From an uncultured Actinomycetes bacterium (lineage in GTDB: Bacteria > Actinomycetota > UBA4738 > HRBIN12): DNA of 64,000 nucleotides. Under the pieces are notes generated by a model. It worked only from the letters and a program-made list of their open reading frames with translations. It ran no database searches and had not been told where the DNA came from. Position numbers and translations under genes: made by a program. Where the stretch lies: the NCBI GenBank assembly GCA_963758715.1, contig CAVWWK010000003.1, positions 22,664 through 86,663 on the forward strand, given 5' to 3'. Below are positions 41,325-51,705 of this stretch, piece by piece (the first letter of the stretch is position 1; each line of letters begins with the position of its first letter).

Positions 41325-41755
41325 CGCTGGGGGGACGGGCCCTGCTGATCGCGCGGAGTGCCGGGGCTTCCCTCCTGCCCGTCGGTCCCCTCGGCCCCGG
41401 GTTCCTCGTCGTCCTCCTCGTACCCTTCGGCCTCGTCGTACTCCTCGGCCTCGTCCACGAGCCTGCGGCCGATCCCCGCGCGGACCATGCGGATCCGGGT
41501 GCCGGGGGCGATCTCGACGGTGACGATGTCCTCCTCGTCGTCGATGTCGACGATCGAGCCGTAGATGCCGGAGGTCAAGACGATCTCGTCACCCACCTCC
41601 GCGCTGCGCACCAACTCCTGCTGCGCACGGGCCCGGCGTTGCTGGGGACGGATGAGCACGAAGTAGAAGACGCCCCCGAGCAGAAGCAGGGGGAGCAAGC
41701 CGACGAGCGGATTGCCTCCCGACTCCTGCGCGAGGACGGACATGATCGACATCAT
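41321..41755 (-). CDS. yajC: preprotein translocase subunit YajC (with acidic C-terminal extension)
   Basis: LLPLLLLGGVFYFVLIRPQQRRARAQQELV..VGDEIVLTSGIYGSIVDID..VTVEIAPG. Confidence 0.9.
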   Translation of the reverse strand: MMSIMSVLAQESGGNPLVGLLPLLLLGGVFYFVLIRPQQRRARAQQELVRSAEVGDEIVLTSGIYGSIVDIDDEEDIVTVEIAPGTRIRMVRAGIGRRLVDEAEEYDEAEGYEEDDEEPGAEGTDGQEGSPGTPRDQQGPSPQR

Positions 41756-41829
41756 CTGGGGAACCTCTCCATGAGATCGCGAGACCGAGAACGGCCCGAG
41801 TCTACAGGGCGCTCGCGCCCGACAGACCG

Positions 41830-42847
41830 CTACATCGGCAGCGTTCCGGGGGCGCTGATGCCCAGGTGACGGTAGGCCCGTTCGGTCGCGACGCGCCCCC
41901 TGGGCGTGCGGTGCAAGAAGCCTCGCTGCAGCAGGTAGGGCTCCACGACGTCCTCCACCGTGTCGGTCTCCTCGCCCACCGCGGCCGCCAGCGTGGACAG
42001 CCCCACGGGGCCGCCCCCGAACCTTTCCACGATCGCGCGAAGGATGGCGTGGTCGAGCCGATCCAGCCCCTCCTCGTCGACCTCGAACACCTCGAGACCA
42101 CCGCGCGCGACACGGCCGTCGATGGCGCCGTCGTGGCGAACCTCGGCGAAGTCGCGCACACGCCTCAGCAATCGGTTGGCGATGCGCGGTGTGCCCCGCG
42201 ACCGCCCGGCGATCTCCACGGCGCCCTCGTCGTCCAGGCGCACCGCGAGGATGCCGGCGGAACGGCCGACGATGCTGGTGAGCTCCTGCACCGAGTAGTA
42301 GTCCAGCCGCGGCGAGAACCCGAACCGCTCACGCAGCGGCAGCGTGATGCGCCCGGGGCGTGTCGTCGCCGCGACCAGCGTGAACCTCGGCAGCTCGAGA
42401 CGGATCGATCGGGCCGTGGGACCCTTGCCCAGGATCACGTCGAGGTTGAAGTCCTCGAGCGCCGGATAGAGCACTTCCTCGACGGGACGCGGCATCCGGT
42501 GGACCTCGTCCACGAAGAGCACGTCACCGTCCTCGAGGTTCGTGAGGATGGCCGCGAGATCGCTGGGCCGGTCCAAGCGCCGGGCCGGAGGTCGGCTGGA
42601 ACCCGGCGCCCATCTCGGTGGCCACGATCTGCGCGAGCGTGGTCTTGCCCAGACCGGGCGGGCCGCTGAACAACAGGTGGTCGACCGGCTCGCCTCGCCT
42701 GCGGGCGCCGTCGATCAACAGCGCCAGCTGTTCCTTGACGCGTTCCTGACCCACGAACTCGCCGAGCGACTTGGGGCGCAGCGCGACGTCGAACTCCCGA
42801 TCCTCTGGGTCGACCACGGCGGCCTCGATCAGGCGATCGTCGTCCAT
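41830..42847 (-). CDS. ruvB: Holliday junction branch migration helicase RuvB (one frame break)
   Basis: [42 protein letters not shown] (ORF 42524..43072), then [15 protein letters not shown] (ORF 41830..42576). Confidence 0.92.
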
Positions 42848-42848
42848 C

Positions 42849-43415
42849 TCACCGTCCCGCCTTCTGGAGGGCTTCACGCAACAGGTCCTCCACCTGGCGG
42901 CCGTCGACCTCGAGCGAGGACATCGCCTCGCCGGCCTCCACGGGCGAGAGCCCGAGCGACAGCAAGGCCTCGCGGACGTCGGCGAGAGGACCGTCCGCGA
43001 CCAGCTCCCCTTCGCCTCCGAGCTTGTCACGCAGGTCGAGCACGACGCGTTGGGCCACCTTCTTCCCGACACCAGGCACGACGGTGAGGGCGGCGGCGTC
43101 CCCCGCGATCACGCTTCGGCGCAGCGAATCGGGGGTGAGTGCTGACAGGAAGGACAGCGCGACCTTCGGACCGACCCCGCTGACGCCCGTGAGCAGATCG
43201 AACAGCTCCCGCTCGTCGGGAGCCGAGAAGCCGTACAGGACCATGGCGTCCTCTCGCACCACCATCCGGGTGTGGACGCGGGCGGTCTCGCCGGTGGACG
43301 GGAGACGGCTCACCACCGACGTGGGTACCTGGAGGTCGTAGCCGACGCCTCCGACCGCCAACACCACCTGGTTCGCCCCCTTGGAGACGACCTCCCCCTC
43401 CAGGAAGGAGATCAA
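42849..43415 (-). CDS. ruvA: Holliday junction DNA-binding protein RuvA
   Basis: TTG 43415 overlaps the ruvC stop. [23 protein letters not shown]...[36 protein letters not shown]. Confidence 0.9.
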   Translation of the reverse strand: MISFLEGEVVSKGANQVVLAVGGVGYDLQVPTSVVSRLPSTGETARVHTRMVVREDAMVLYGFSAPDERELFDLLTGVSGVGPKVALSFLSALTPDSLRRSVIAGDAAALTVVPGVGKKVAQRVVLDLRDKLGGEGELVADGPLADVREALLSLGLSPVEAGEAMSSLEVDGRQVEDLLREALQKAGR

Positions 43416-43924
43416 CCGCCCGCTCCTGCCCGGGCCGCCGCCCGCAGCCGAGCGCCCGTGAGGTGGGTCACCGCCACCGCCACGGCATCGGCCGCATCGG
43501 GCTGCTCGGGCACGTCTCGCAGGCCGTGGATCCGGGACAACGCCAGCCGGACCTGGTCCTTGTCGGCGTTGCCCGCTCCGGTGACGGCGCTCTTGACCTG
43601 CGTGGGGCTGTACTCCGAGACCGGCAGGCCCGCCTCTGCGACCGCCACCAGGATGGCGCCCGTCGCCCGCGCCACCGTCAGGGCGCTGACCTGATTGCGG
43701 TTGAAGGCCACGCGTTCGAGCGCGACGCAGGCCGGTCCGTGATCGGCGATCGCGGCTCGCACCGCCGCCGCCAGGCGCAGCAACCGGGTCGCCTCGTCCT
43801 GGCCCGCCGGCGTGCGGACCGTGTCCGCCCACACGAGCACCGGGGTGCGCCCGCTCCGGCCCACGATCGCGAGGCCGAGGCGCGCCACGCCGGGATCAAC
43901 GCCGAGCACGCAGGTATCGAACAT
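43412..43924 (-). CDS. ruvC: crossover junction endodeoxyribonuclease RuvC
   Basis: From ATG 43924: VLGVDPGVARLGLAIV, ALERVAFNRN, EYSPTQVKSAVTGAGNADKDQV, DAADAVAVA. Confidence 0.9.
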   Translation of the reverse strand: MFDTCVLGVDPGVARLGLAIVGRSGRTPVLVWADTVRTPAGQDEATRLLRLAAAVRAAIADHGPACVALERVAFNRNQVSALTVARATGAILVAVAEAGLPVSEYSPTQVKSAVTGAGNADKDQVRLALSRIHGLRDVPEQPDAADAVAVAVTHLTGARLRAAARAGAGG

Positions 43925-44011
43925 CCGTTCGCCCATCCTAGGGACGGGGTGGGAGCGCCGCAATCACCCCATGAGCCCAGGACCTGGCCACCCGGCAACG
44001 AACCTCTGGGC

Positions 44012-44761
44012 CTACAGCGACGCCATGACCTCTTCGGGGATGTCGAAGTTGGCGTAGACGTTCTGCACGTCGTCCAGGTCCTCGAGCGCCTCGATCAGGC
44101 CCAGGACCTGCTTCGCCTCGCCGCCTTCGACCGGGATCGTGTTCTGCGGCATCATCGTGATCTCGGCGGAGAAGACCGGCACCCCGGCGGCTTCCAAGGC
44201 TTTCCGGACGGACTTGAAGAGCCCGGGCTCTGTGACGATGTCCCAGGAGCTTTCCGAGTCCGTCAGGTCCTCGGCGCCGGCATCGAGGGCCAGCTCCAGG
44301 AGCTGCTCCTCGCCGGGCGCCAGGGACTTCTCTACGACGATCAGCCCCCGTCGGGTGAACATCCAGCCGGTGCTGCCCTGCTCGCCCATGTTGCCGTTGT
44401 TGCGGACGAATGCGTGCCGCACGTCCTGGCCGGTGCGGTTCCTGTTGTCGGTGAGCACCTCGATCAGCAGCGCCACGCCGCCGGGCGCGTACCCCTCGTA
44501 GAGGAGCTCCTCGTACCTCGCCCCGTCGGAGAGCTCACCGCTCCCCCGCTTGATCGCGCGCTCGATGTTGTCGTTGGGGACGCTGAAGCTCTTCGCCTTC
44601 TCGACGGCGCTGGCCAACGTCATGTTCGCCTCGACGTTGCCGCCCCCCTCGCGCGATGCGACCTCGACCGCCCGGAGCAGCTTCGCGTACATGTTCGATC
44701 GCTTCGCGTCGGTCGCTTCCTTCTTGCGCTTGATCGTGGCCCACTTGGAATGGCCGGACAT
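44012..44761 (-). CDS. YebC/PmpR family DNA-binding transcriptional regulator
   Basis: MSGHSKWATIKRKKEATDAKRSNMYAKL..AVEKAKSFSVPNDNIERAIKRG. Intact. Confidence 0.93.
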   Translation of the reverse strand: MSGHSKWATIKRKKEATDAKRSNMYAKLLRAVEVASREGGGNVEANMTLASAVEKAKSFSVPNDNIERAIKRGSGELSDGARYEELLYEGYAPGGVALLIEVLTDNRNRTGQDVRHAFVRNNGNMGEQGSTGWMFTRRGLIVVEKSLAPGEEQLLELALDAGAEDLTDSESSWDIVTEPGLFKSVRKALEAAGVPVFSAEITMMPQNTIPVEGGEAKQVLGLIEALEDLDDVQNVYANFDIPEEVMASL

Positions 44762-44825
44762 CGTGCTCCCCTTCTCCCGGGCCTCGCTCGCCGCCGCCTG
44801 CGGCATGGGCTCGGCCGCCTGGGCG

Positions 44826-45392
44826 TTACGCCTTGTCGAGCAGGTAGCGGTGAAGACCGGCCTCGCCGATCAGCTCCGGGTGGAACGATGATACGAGCAG
44901 GTTGTCCTGCTCCAGAACGACGGGCGCCCCCTCGTGTTCGGCGAGCACCCGCACGCCCCGTCCGACGTCGGTGATCCGCGGTGCGCGGATGAAGACCCCT
45001 CGAACGGGGTGCGCGATGCCTTCAACCTCGACGGCGTCCTCGAACGAGTCGATCTGTCGCCCGTAGGCGTTGCGCTGCACCCCGATGTCCATCAGGGCGA
45101 ACAGGGGGTCACCGCCCTCGACCCGCTGGGCCAGGACGATCATGCCCGCGCAGGTTCCGAAGATCGGCATGCCGCCTGCCGCCCGCTCCCGCACGGGCTC
45201 GACCAGGTCGTAGGCGCGGGCGAGCTTGCCCATCGTGGTGGACTCGCCTCCGGGGATCACGAGGCAATCCACACCGGCCAGGTCGACGGGGTTGCGCACC
45301 TCCACCGGACTCGCACCCACATCGACCAGGACGCGCGCATGCTCGCGGAAGTCGCCCTGAAGCGCGAGGACGCCCGCTTTCACGGTCGTCAA
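44826..45392 (-). CDS. pdxT: pyridoxal 5-phosphate synthase glutaminase subunit PdxT
   Basis: Intact 188 aa: GVLALQGDFREH, IPGGESTT, GTCAGMI, FHPE. Confidence 0.94.
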   Translation of the reverse strand: MTTVKAGVLALQGDFREHARVLVDVGASPVEVRNPVDLAGVDCLVIPGGESTTMGKLARAYDLVEPVRERAAGGMPIFGTCAGMIVLAQRVEGGDPLFALMDIGVQRNAYGRQIDSFEDAVEVEGIAHPVRGVFIRAPRITDVGRGVRVLAEHEGAPVVLEQDNLLVSSFHPELIGEAGLHRYLLDKA

Positions 45393-45401
45393 CCTCCTTG
45401 A

Positions 45402-46283
45402 CTACCAGCCGCGGTCTTGCAGTCGCGTCTCCAGCGACGCGATCTCGAGCCCCGCCATCGGGTCGCCGAGGCCGTGCGAGAGCTTCGCGAGCACGTCGGG
45501 GTTCTCGAAGTTCGTGGTGGCCTCGACCACCGCGCGCGCCATCGTCGCCGGATCCTGGGACTTGAAGATGCCCGAGCCCACGAACACACCGTCGACACCC
45601 AGTTGCATCATGAGGGCGGCGTCGGCTGGGGTCGCGATGCCGCCCGCGGAGAAGTTCACGACCGGAAGGCGCCCTTCCTGGGCGACCATTCGCACCAGCT
45701 CGACCGGCGCGCCCAACTCCTTGGCTTTCGTGACGTACTGCTCTGGACGGAGCGTGGTGACCTCGGCGATGTCGCGCAGGATCTGGCGTTCGTGACGCAC
45801 GGCCTCCACGACGTTGCCGGTTCCGGCCTCGCCTTTGGTGCGGATCATGGCCGCGCCCTCGGCGATGCGGCGCAGCGCCTCTCCCAGGTTGCGGGCTCCG
45901 CAGACGAACGGCACCGTGAACGCCCACTTGTCGATGTGGAACTCCTCGTCCGCCGGCGTGAGCACCTCGGACTCGTCGATGTAGTCGACGCCGAGCGCCT
46001 GAAGCACCTGCGCCTCGACGAAGTGGCCGATCCGAGCCTTGGCCATGACCGGGATCGAGACGGTCTGCTGGATCTCCTCGACCTTCGTCGCGTCGGCCAT
46101 GCGTGCCACGCCCCCGTCCCTGCGGATGTCCGCAGGCACGCGCTCGAGGGCCATGACGGCGCAGGCGCCGGCGTCCTCGGCGATCTTCGCCTGCTCGGCC
46201 GTGGTGACGTCCATGATGACGCCGCCCTTCAGCATCTCGGCCAGGCCGGACTTCACGGTGAAGGTGCCGGTCTCGCGCTGCAC
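45402..46283 (-). CDS. pdxS: pyridoxal 5-phosphate synthase lyase subunit PdxS
   Basis: Intact 293 aa: [48 protein letters not shown]-like [13 protein letters not shown]. Confidence 0.95.
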   Translation of the reverse strand: MQRETGTFTVKSGLAEMLKGGVIMDVTTAEQAKIAEDAGACAVMALERVPADIRRDGGVARMADATKVEEIQQTVSIPVMAKARIGHFVEAQVLQALGVDYIDESEVLTPADEEFHIDKWAFTVPFVCGARNLGEALRRIAEGAAMIRTKGEAGTGNVVEAVRHERQILRDIAEVTTLRPEQYVTKAKELGAPVELVRMVAQEGRLPVVNFSAGGIATPADAALMMQLGVDGVFVGSGIFKSQDPATMARAVVEATTNFENPDVLAKLSHGLGDPMAGLEIASLETRLQDRGW

Positions 46284-46373
46284 GGGTATCGCCTCCTGAA
46301 GGTGGGAACGGGTCTGCCTGCGAGTGTACCGGAGGTGAACCTGCAGCTAGGAGCGCCGGAACGGCCTGACCGG

Positions 46374-47423
46374 CTACCCGAAGGACACCGGTGCGGTGAA
46401 CATGCCCGTGGGCGCGAGCTCCACGAACGTCGTCCCGTTCGCGAGCTCGAACTCGTCGCCGTTCTTGGTCTCGAACGTGGTCAGGTCGCCCTCGCTGTCA
46501 CGCTCCCAACGGCCCGTGATGAGCTTGCCGTTGCGCAGGAGCCACGCCTTGCCGCCCCCGGTGACCGTGACCTCCGGCGAGGGGAACCCGGCCGCGTCGA
46601 CGATGTCGCTCTCCGTGGTCTTCACCTGCTGGATCAGGACGTTGTCGGTCGCGATCGGCGTGCCGTCTTCGGCGGTCATCTCCGCTCCGTTCTGCGAGCG
46701 GACCCAGCGTCCGCCCTGCCACTGCCATTCGACGGTGGTCAAGGGGAAGTCGATGGTGACCGAGGTGGCCTTCTTGTTGGGCTTGTTGGGCTCGCCGTAG
46801 CTGAACACGGCCTCGGGCGCCGGCTCTCCCTTCGCGCGCTTCTGACCGGCGGCGAAGAGCTTGGACGTGTCGGCGAACAGGTTGTGCGGCACCTCACGCG
46901 CCTCGTCACGTGAGAACGGGGGGCCCGGATCGCCCTCGACCAGGCTGACGACTCCCGACGCCTCGATCATGTTGACGACCGGGGTCGCGGCCCCCGAGTA
47001 GGCGAGCAAGGGGTGCGCACCGAACTGGAGAAGGATCTTGGGATCGGTGGTCCTGGCGCTGCGCACGGGGCCGACGCGGTCGGTCGACCCGCAATGGAAC
47101 ACCACGATGAAGCGCGTGATGCCGCCTTCGACGACCTCTTCGTACACGATGTCGGCCTGGTCGAGGCCGGCCAACGGCATCGCATCGGGAGTGTTCTCGA
47201 CCTTGACCGCCAGCACCGGCCGGGGCGGGGGCTCCTTGTCCTTGCCGAAGGGCTCGTTGGTCAGGGGGCAGGGGGCGGGTTCGCTGTCGACCCCGGGGAT
47301 CACGCCGAGCACGCCCTTGGCGGCTCCGTTGTCGGTCAAGATCAGAGCGGCGACGCCTCCTCCGAGGACGGCGACGACCGCGACGCCTGCGACGAGCGCC
47401 TTGCCGCGAGAGCTGAGAGCCAC
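46374..47423 (-). CDS. DUF3048 domain-containing secreted/lipo-protein
   Basis: Intact 349 aa (GTG start after AGGAGG). Signal/TM, then RPVLAVKVENTPDAMPLAGLDQADIVYEEVVEGGITRFIVVF, which matches the DUF3048 pattern as recalled. Confidence 0.75.
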   Translation of the reverse strand: MALSSRGKALVAGVAVVAVLGGGVAALILTDNGAAKGVLGVIPGVDSEPAPCPLTNEPFGKDKEPPPRPVLAVKVENTPDAMPLAGLDQADIVYEEVVEGGITRFIVVFHCGSTDRVGPVRSARTTDPKILLQFGAHPLLAYSGAATPVVNMIEASGVVSLVEGDPGPPFSRDEAREVPHNLFADTSKLFAAGQKRAKGEPAPEAVFSYGEPNKPNKKATSVTIDFPLTTVEWQWQGGRWVRSQNGAEMTAEDGTPIATDNVLIQQVKTTESDIVDAAGFPSPEVTVTGGGKAWLLRNGKLITGRWERDSEGDLTTFETKNGDEFELANGTTFVELAPTGMFTAPVSFG

Positions 47424-47581
47424 GGTGGGGGAACCTCCTGGGTGTCTGCGTGTCGTCGGTGTCGTTCCGGATCCGTCGCTCGGTCTCCGAACGTGAGGAA
47501 GGCCCCGTAAGCGGGAGCCGCAGCGATGCTACCGGCGCCGGGAGGGCGCCTCAAACACCACGGGCCAGTTCGACACGAACG

Positions 47582-48487
47582 TCACATCTCCTCCAGACGC
47601 TTGATGCGCTCGCTCAGAGGTGGGTGCGTGGAGAACAGCTTCTCCATCGTCGAGGTGCGCTCCCCCTCGATGCGTGAGGGCTGATTGAGCCACAGATGGG
47701 CGGTCGCGTTGTTCGCCGAACGCATCGCCGTCGGCGCCCCCTGCAGCTTCCTCAGGGCCGCGATCAGGCCCGGGGGATACCGCGTGAGCAGAGCGCCCTG
47801 CGCGTCGGCGAGGTACTCGCGGTTGCGCGAGACCGACATCCGGATGATCTGACCGGCGATCGGGGCGATGGCCATGAGCACGAAGCCTGCGACGAACAGC
47901 ACCAGCCCCGCCGGCCCGCCGCTGTTGTCGTTGCCCCGCCGCCCCCCGATCCCTCCCCACCACCATGTGCGCATGAAGAACTCGGACAGGAGCACGGCCG
48001 CGCCGACCAAGGTGGCCACGATCGTTCCCAACAGGATGTCCCGGTCCAGCACGTGGGAGATCTCGTGTCCGATCACTCCCTCGAGCTCCACGCGGTTCAT
48101 CATGGAGAGCAGGCCTTCGGTGACCGCGATCGACGAATGCTGCGGGTCCCGGCCGGTCGCGAACGCGTTGGGCGCCTGTTCCGGCACGACGTAGACGCGC
48201 GGCTTCGGCACTCCCGCCGCGATCGCGAGGCCTTCGACGATGTTGTGCAGCCGGGGTTGCTCGGCCGGCGTCACCTCCTTCGCCCGCGTGGAGGCGAGCA
48301 CGACCCGGTCGCCGTAGAAGTAGGACGAGACCGAGAGGGCAGTCGCCACGAGCAGCGCGATCACCAGGCCGACCGGCCCGGTTCCGAAGAGGTAGCCGAT
48401 CCCGAGCCCGACCAGCGCCAGGAACAGGAACGCTCCCAGCACGAGCAGGGCGGACCTTCGCTTGTTCGACGCGATCTCTTCGTACAT
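47582..48487 (-). CDS. htpX: M48-family zinc metalloprotease HtpX
   Basis: Intact 301 aa. TM helices, HEISHV zinc motif, later EYLAD, and STHPPLSERI at the C-terminus. Confidence 0.9.
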   Translation of the reverse strand: MYEEIASNKRRSALLVLGAFLFLALVGLGIGYLFGTGPVGLVIALLVATALSVSSYFYGDRVVLASTRAKEVTPAEQPRLHNIVEGLAIAAGVPKPRVYVVPEQAPNAFATGRDPQHSSIAVTEGLLSMMNRVELEGVIGHEISHVLDRDILLGTIVATLVGAAVLLSEFFMRTWWWGGIGGRRGNDNSGGPAGLVLFVAGFVLMAIAPIAGQIIRMSVSRNREYLADAQGALLTRYPPGLIAALRKLQGAPTAMRSANNATAHLWLNQPSRIEGERTSTMEKLFSTHPPLSERIKRLEEM

Positions 48488-49054
48488 CTAGGCGTCCGGG
48501 GACAGGTCCACCTGCACCGGCTCCCGCTCCGGATCGTCGATGTCGAAGAACTCCCTGGCCTCGAACCCGAACATCCTGGCGATGATGTTCGACGGGACGG
48601 AGCCGACCAGGGTGTTCAGCCGCATCACCTGGTCGTTGTAGAACTGGCGAGCGTACGCGATCTTCGACTCGGTTCCCGTTAACTCTTCCTGCAGCGCAAG
48701 GAAGTTCTGGTTCGCCTTCAGGTCCGGGTAGTTCTCGGCGACCGCGAAGAGCTGCCGGAGGCCGCCGGTAACCGCGTTCTCGGCCTGCGCCTGGGGCTGC
48801 ACGCCGTCGGCGGCCATGGCCCCCGCTCGGGCCTGGGTGACCCGTTCGAAGACCTCTCGCTCGTGCCGGGCGTATCCCTTGACGGTCTCCACGAGGTTGG
48901 GGATCAGGTCGTAGCGCCTGCGGAGCTGGACGTCGATCTGCGACCACCCGTTGTCGACGCGCGTCCGGATCGCCACGAGCCGGTTGTAGAGGTACACGCC
49001 TCCCACGGCGACGACCACGACAACGCCCACCACGACCCAGAGCACCGGCGACAT
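48488..49054 (-). CDS. lemA: LemA family protein
   Basis: From ATG 49054: TM, then [42 protein letters not shown] and [24 protein letters not shown]. The stop abuts the htpX start. Confidence 0.9.
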   Translation of the reverse strand: MSPVLWVVVGVVVVVAVGGVYLYNRLVAIRTRVDNGWSQIDVQLRRRYDLIPNLVETVKGYARHEREVFERVTQARAGAMAADGVQPQAQAENAVTGGLRQLFAVAENYPDLKANQNFLALQEELTGTESKIAYARQFYNDQVMRLNTLVGSVPSNIIARMFGFEAREFFDIDDPEREPVQVDLSPDA

Positions 49055-49059
49055 GGCCA

Positions 49060-50171
49060 CTATCGTATCGACGGCGACCGCCCGCCGGCCGCGCGCTCGT
49101 AGATCCCCTCGAGACGCGACGCCACGACCGACCAGTCGAATGCCGCGCGCTCGCTCGAGTCCTGCGTTCCGGAGCCGGTCGGCGAGGTTCTCGTCGGAGA
49201 GCACCCGTTCGACCGCGGCCGCCATCGCGGCTGGATCGCGGGGAGGGACCAGCAGGCCATCGAGCCCGTTGCGCACGACCTCGCGGTATCCGGGGATGTC
49301 GCTCGCGATCACCGGCAGGCCTGCCGACATCGCCTCGACCAGCACCACACCGAAGCTCTCCCCGCCGACGGCCGGGCCGAGGTAGGCATCACATGCCGCG
49401 TGGAACGGCGGCAGGTCCACGTTGGGAACCGAGCCGAGCATGATGACCCGGTCGCCAAACTCGGGCCCGAGCCTGGCCAAGGCATCGCGATCCGGCCCTT
49501 CGCCGGCCACGACCAACCGCAGGTCGGGTCGCTCCGCCGCGAGCCGTGCGAACGTCCGAACCGCGGTCGGGAACCCCTTGCGCTCGTCCAGACGACCCAC
49601 GAACAGGAGCTTCGTGCCCACGCCGAGGTCCACCGGTTCGGCGCCGGCGAAGCGCTGCACGTCCACGCCGTTGGGGACGATCTCGAACGCGCCGCCGATC
49701 CGGGCGCCCGCGAACGCGGCCGCCGCATCCGAGACCGCGATCCGGACGGCGATCCGCCGGGCGATCCGGCGCAGGACGGGCGCCGCGAGCGTCGTAGAGC
49801 CGCGACCGCTCGGCTCCCGAGTGGAACGTCGCCACCAGGGGGACGGACGCCGCCAGCACCGCCCACAAGGAGGTGCTCGGCGTCAACGGCTCGTGCGCAT
49901 GGACCAGATCAGGACCGAAGCGGCGCAACTCGTCTCGGATCTGCCTGATGGCCCACGGACGGGGGTCGATCGGCGCGTTCGACGCGTTGTACGGGATGTC
50001 GACGGGCCGACCCACCGGACGCACGAACGCCTCCGCCTCGCTCCCCCGCACCGGCGCCAGCACCGTCACGACGTGACCTCGCTCGATCAGCCGTGCGGCC
50101 AGCTCGCGCACATGGGTCTGCACGCCGCCGGGATCGTCCCAGGCATACGGGCAAGTGAGGGCGACCCTCAT
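49060..50171 (-). CDS. pimA: GT4 glycosyltransferase, PimA-like phosphatidylinositol mannosyltransferase (frame-disrupted)
   Basis: [25 protein letters not shown] (ORF 49389..50171). [37 protein letters not shown] (ORF 48488..49666). C-terminus in ORF 49060..49260. Sits in the pgsA-acyltransferase-pimA order. Confidence 0.82.
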
Positions 50172-51077
50172 CGGTCGCTCAGGACGGCCATCCGGGCTGG
50201 AAGACGTGCCAATCCGATGGCGCGGCGGAGATCGATGCGCTCCAGCTCGCGGGCCAACGCCTCGCTGAGCGCCACCACGTCCTTGCGGCGATCACCGCTG
50301 GACTCGATCCGCAACGGCGGACGGAACACGCACCGCCACCCGCCGGGGGTCTGGTAGGCCGCGGCCACGACCAACGGCGCGCCCGTCGTGATCGACAGAA
50401 GCGCCGGACCCGCCGGGATCTTGCGGGACCTGCCGAACATCGTGACCTCGACCCCCTTGCTCGTGAGGTCGCGGTCCGCCACGAGCGAGACGACGCGGTT
50501 GGCGGCCAACGCCGCGGCGAGCTGGCGGCCCACCTTCGTGCCGGACATCCCGAGGATCTCCATGCCGAGCGCGTTGCGGTGCCGCAGGAACAGCTCGAAC
50601 AGACGAGGCGGTTCCAGCTGCTCGGCGACCGATACGCAGGGCTGCCCTTCGGCCGCGACCCAGCGCCCCGCTGCGTCCCAGTTCCCCGTGTGGGGCATCG
50701 CCACGATCACCCCGGTCCCCGCCTCCAACGGGTCCCACAGGTTGTGCACGTCGACCGTGTGGAAGCGCTCGAGGATCTCCTCGTCGGAGAACGTCGCCAC
50801 GTGGAACGAGTCGAACCAATACCTCGCGTAGGAGGCGAAGGCCTGTCGGGTGGACGAGCGGACGAGCGGATCGCCCGGCGGCCGGCCCAGTATCTGCGCC
50901 TGGTTGCGGGCGACGACCCCGCGAACGCCCGGCATCAGATCGTGCGCGAGGAGCCCGCCGGCTTCGAACGCCCGCCGGCCGGGTCCCTCCGGCAGATGGA
51001 GCCCGAGCCACTGCAGCGCCCGATAGACGCGTGAGCGCCACCTTCTGCCGAAGGGTCTCGGCTTCGGCGGCCCTCAC
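50168..51077 (-). CDS. lysophospholipid/PIM acyltransferase (LpxL/HtrB family), one frame break near the 5-prime end
   Basis: ORF 50168..50935: YARYWFDSF..GTGVIVAMPHTGNWDAAG..ADRDLT. GTG 51077 overlaps the pgsA-like stop (GTGA). The N-terminal 15 aa are in another frame. Confidence 0.78.
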
Positions 51078-51606
51078 GCACGCTCCTCGCGGGCGACCTG
51101 GGCGGTCCGGACCAGTACGGCGAGCGCCGAGAGGACCGCGGCCACCCAGAGGGTCCAACCCAACCACCCGAACGCGAGGCCGGCGCACACCAAGGCGTAG
51201 CGCACGCCGCGCGTCACATGGGTCTCCTCGACGCTGTAGACAGCGATGCGCCTCTCGCGCGCACGTACGCCGAGAGGAAGCTGAGGCACAGCGCCGCGAG
51301 GGCGGCCGCGGCGGTCGCGGGGGCGTCCGCGCGCGCGACCCAGGCGATCGCGCCGAGCACGGCCCCGTCCCATGCGCGGTCGAGCAGCTCGTCGAGCATG
51401 CGGTCCGTAGGCCCGCCGGCCCCGTGGTTCGCCCGGTGGCCGCCGATCAGCAGGAGCACGGCCGCGGCGGAGGCGCACGCGGCGGCGAGCTCGGGCCGCT
51501 CGTCGACGATGAGCACGGCGGCCGCGGCGATCGAGCCCGCCCCGACGACCAGGGTGGACCGCGTGATCGCCGTGCCGGGGGGCTGTCGTTCGAAGCGCAG
51601 CATCAT
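51074..51606 (-). CDS. CDP-alcohol phosphatidyltransferase family protein (PgsA1/PIP-synthase position), one frame break
   Basis: MMLRF.. start at 51606. GPTDRMLDELLDRAWDGAVLG (G-x3-D-x3-D part of the family motif), SAYVRARG, and a C-terminal TM region (ORF 51074..51478). The upstream DG-x2-AR part of the motif is not recognisable. Confidence 0.65.
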
Positions 51607-51705
51607 GAGGACCCGCCGGAGCCTAGCAACTCGCGGGCAGCGCCCCGCCCCGAACGGAGGCAACCCGAGTAGGATGCCCCCTACCTCTCGTGCGAAGGAG
51701 TTGCG

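Noticed and set aside
51074-51606. A catalytically degenerate CDP-alcohol phosphatidyltransferase (the DG-x2-AR part of the motif reads IGGHRAN)
   Set aside because: The G-x3-D-x3-D half of the motif is intact and the gene has at least one frame break. With this error rate I cannot tell a real substitution or short deletion from sequence noise.
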